NCBI RefSeq assembly: GCF_036321535.1
Contig: NC_087437.1
Location: 30,320,001-30,384,000 of the forward strand
DNA from: Camelus dromedarius
Taxonomy: Eukaryota
Direction: 5' to 3'
Length of the DNA: 64,000 bases
Shown: positions 61,309 to 64,000 of the stretch, in pieces
Numbering within the stretch: position 1 is the first letter of the stretch
How the letters are laid out: the number at the start of each line of letters is the position of its first letter
Made by a program: the position numbers and the translations under genes
The notes under the pieces: model-generated
Told to the model about the DNA's origin: nothing
Database searches by the model: none
The model's input: only the letters and a program-made list of their open reading frames with translations

Positions 61309-61826
61309 TGTAGTAGGCAGGATAATACCCTGCCCCCCCAGGATGGCCACATCCTGATTCCCTGCACCTGTGACTGTTAGGGTCTAAGGTAAAGAAAGGG
61401 GAATTGAAGGTTGCAGGCGGAATGAAGGTTGCTGATCAGCTGACCATAAGAAGATGAGACTAGCCCAGGTTACCCAGGTGGGCCCAATGCAATCACAAAG
61501 GTATTTAAAGGTGAAGAGAGAGGTAGATGTCAGTCAGAGCCCGGCCGGCCGTGCGAGAGAACGGCGGGTTGTGGCTGCCCCTGAAGATGAAGGAAGAGAT
61601 TCACAAGCCAAGGCGTGCGGGGAGCCTCTAGAAGCTCGAGAAGGGGAGAGAACAGATTCTTCCTGGAGCCTCCAGCAGGAACTAGCCCTGCCAGCACCTT
61701 CATTTCGGCCCAAGGAGACCACTGTCGGATTTCTGACCTACAGAACCGTAATGTAATGAATTTATGTTGTTTTAAGTTAAGTCACTAACTTCATGGTCAT
61801 TTGTAGCAGCCACTATAGAATGTACC
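61309..61826 (+). mobile_element. MaLR LTR (MLT1D-like)
   Basis: 'tgtagtaggcaggataat...ggtgggcccaatgcaatcacaaagg...ggatttctgacctacagaaccgtaa...gaatttatgttgttttaag'. Confidence 0.85.
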
Positions 61827-62679
61827 CCATATAAATAAGTATTCACTGTATAATCCTTCAGAATTACTTAAACTTTCTGAAAATTATGCTAAGCTTGTAT
61901 ATTATCTTCTAATGGCAAAATATGTGCTATTATAAAAAGTCAGCCAAAGAATATGTATTATTCTTCACTTACCGGTTATTAGATAGTGAAATATTCCAAT
62001 ACAGCATCAATTTGAGATAATTAGGTATGAGTTGCCCTTATTCTCAACAAATATGAGTAGCCATAAATGATTCACTCACGCAAAGCCTAAAACATTGGCC
62101 TTTATAAAATAAACATAACCTATCTTACAGAGGTTAGGTACTTGGCACTTAACTAAGCCTTGCCTATCATCCACCTTTCATCTCAGCATGCAAACTAATT
62201 AACCACGAAGATAACCTCCCTTGTAATGTGTCAGGAAAATATTTATGGCTTTATCCACTAAAGCAGCTAATATATAAATTGAGCAAAGCTTTGAGAAAAT
62301 AGAAACCCAGGACCGTGCCAATACTAATCATAAAGCAGCTTTGAGATTTTACTGCCCTTGGCACATTGCATTTTCCTGAAAGTTTATTTATAGGTGTTAT
62401 TTTTACGTTAGGCGAGCTAATGAACTACTAGGTTCTCAGGAACTTCTGCACTTCAGCCTCAGGAGTGTGTCATAAAAAAGATCTATTGCCCCAATGCTCA
62501 AATATTAAAGAGATAGTCACACTGGTAAGTGTTTGTTGTCCTTGGTAGCAACACCAAGAATGTTCTGAATTTTTTAATGTAGAACACCTGTAAGCTTCAT
62601 AGTTACATTACTGAGGGCTTCTTTGATATTCATTGAGTTCTGTAGATAGCAGAAATGGATGAACAAAGCCCAACCCATG

Positions 62680-62880
62680 AGGTGCTGGAGGCAGCTCTTA
62701 CTAGCTCGTAAGAACCAATTTTTAAATTTGCACGAATTTTGCAATGCAGTTGATGTCATCTTGGTAGCTTGAAATCAGCCAACACTACAAATCAAGGTGG
62801 GCTGTTTGGTTGACTGGTTGGTTGGTTAGTTGGTTGATTTTCCCAGAGAGCCAGCTGTTCAAAATTTATCAGCACACAAC
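62680..62880. mobile_element. MER63-like hAT DNA transposon fragment containing a (GGTT)n tract
   Basis: Inverted ends 'gtgctgg' ... 'cagcacac' and internal 'ttggtagcttgaaatcagcca'. Confidence 0.55.
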
Positions 62881-64000
62881 TGGCCATGACTGATGGCAAA
62901 TCACAACCCAGGAAGCAAAACCAGGGTGGCCATCTAAAGGCAAACACAATCTCGAGGACTTCTTATATGTCTTAGAAATAATAGATTTGTAGAGTCATAA
63001 ATTTTCCCGCTGATGGCTGTAAATTTTTATTCTAACATAGTACAATAATATTCCCATAGATGAAAGTAAAATATCTTGAGGAAGGTGTACTTCTTCCAAA
63101 TTTACACAATGGCAATGTGTGGGCTAATGCTAACTTACGGGAGTTAAATCAGAATAACTATGATATAGCATATAATCAGGACACAAATGCTGAAGGAGTT
63201 CAAATGAAGAGACTACATTTATTTGCACATATGCAAAGGCTTTAGGAAGATGCATCCTTGAGTTGGGTTTTAAAGATGGGGCGATTTTTCTCAGGGAAAG
63301 TAGCAGGACAGGAACCCCAAGAGAAGAGAGCAACGTAAGTCAGATTCATAGTTGGAACAGTTCTTCAAAGAGCCAACTGGGTTGTCTCAAACTAATCGGA
63401 AGAAAATTCACTTCTGAAGGAAGTTTGTGGCCTAATTGTGGGGATCTAGAATTCCAAACTAAGAAGTTTAAATTTGGGGAGTTCATTTGGATTTTTAAAG
63501 CCTGACTTTCTGCCAAAAAGGGGTTGTACTAACATGAAACAAGAGACCCAGTGAGCAACGTGAGAATTCATGCCTGTTTCATTCCCCATTGACCTTCAGG
63601 GCTTGGTGCCGCACCAGCTCCTCCTAGCACTCAAGTGTTTTTCTGTTTGGGGAACATGAGCTGAGTTTATGCCATTGTCCTTAATCCTTCTACTACAAAA
63701 CACACCTGTTAAAATATTTTCAATACATCTCAACCAAGCCAACCCCAAACCATTTCTTAAGTCATTTTATAAAGTGACTTTTACATTCTTTCCTCTGGTA
63801 AGATACTTTGCCAGATTAAAATTGAGGTTAAGGTTAAGAGGCAAGATTCATGATAAGCAGGTGTAATTAGAATAGAAAATCGTGACAAAAGGCTAGCACA
63901 AGGAAGACTTGATTAAAGTGTGGTTCTCATTCTGCCATTAGAGCCCTTGAATCAGAACCAGCAAGCGGTACTCAGAGTGGTCAAGGCAATGAAAGAAACA

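Overview
Mammalian, AT-rich genomic DNA, most likely from a camelid (three tRNA-headed SINEs resemble the camelid Vic-1 family; no Alu or BovB seen). The right half carries the last seven coding exons and the 3' UTR of MME (neprilysin/CD10, M13 zinc endopeptidase) on the + strand. The exons are 35349-35407, 40862-40981, 42614-42747, 42879-42944, 45894-45989, 46329-46405 and 53020-53119. All have AG/GT boundaries, join in frame and retain [19 protein letters not shown] and the C-terminal CRVW. The 29.5 kb left of a 200-N gap (29547-29746) is repeat-rich and has no MME exon I can recognise. The remainder is interspersed repeats (L1, L2, MIR, MaLR/ERV LTRs, DNA transposons). The most unusual object is a ~3 kb L1 with both ends and a TSD intact, but ORF2 removed at a junction that looks like a splice (AAG|CCACT). 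The MME 3' end also shows CpG/GC-gaining patches, an apparently eroded androgen response element and several stacked insertions in the UTR. No prokaryotic-type system, CRISPR array or RNA gene is supported. Comparisons with human MME and repeat family names come from recall and need alignment; coordinates of old repeats are approximate.
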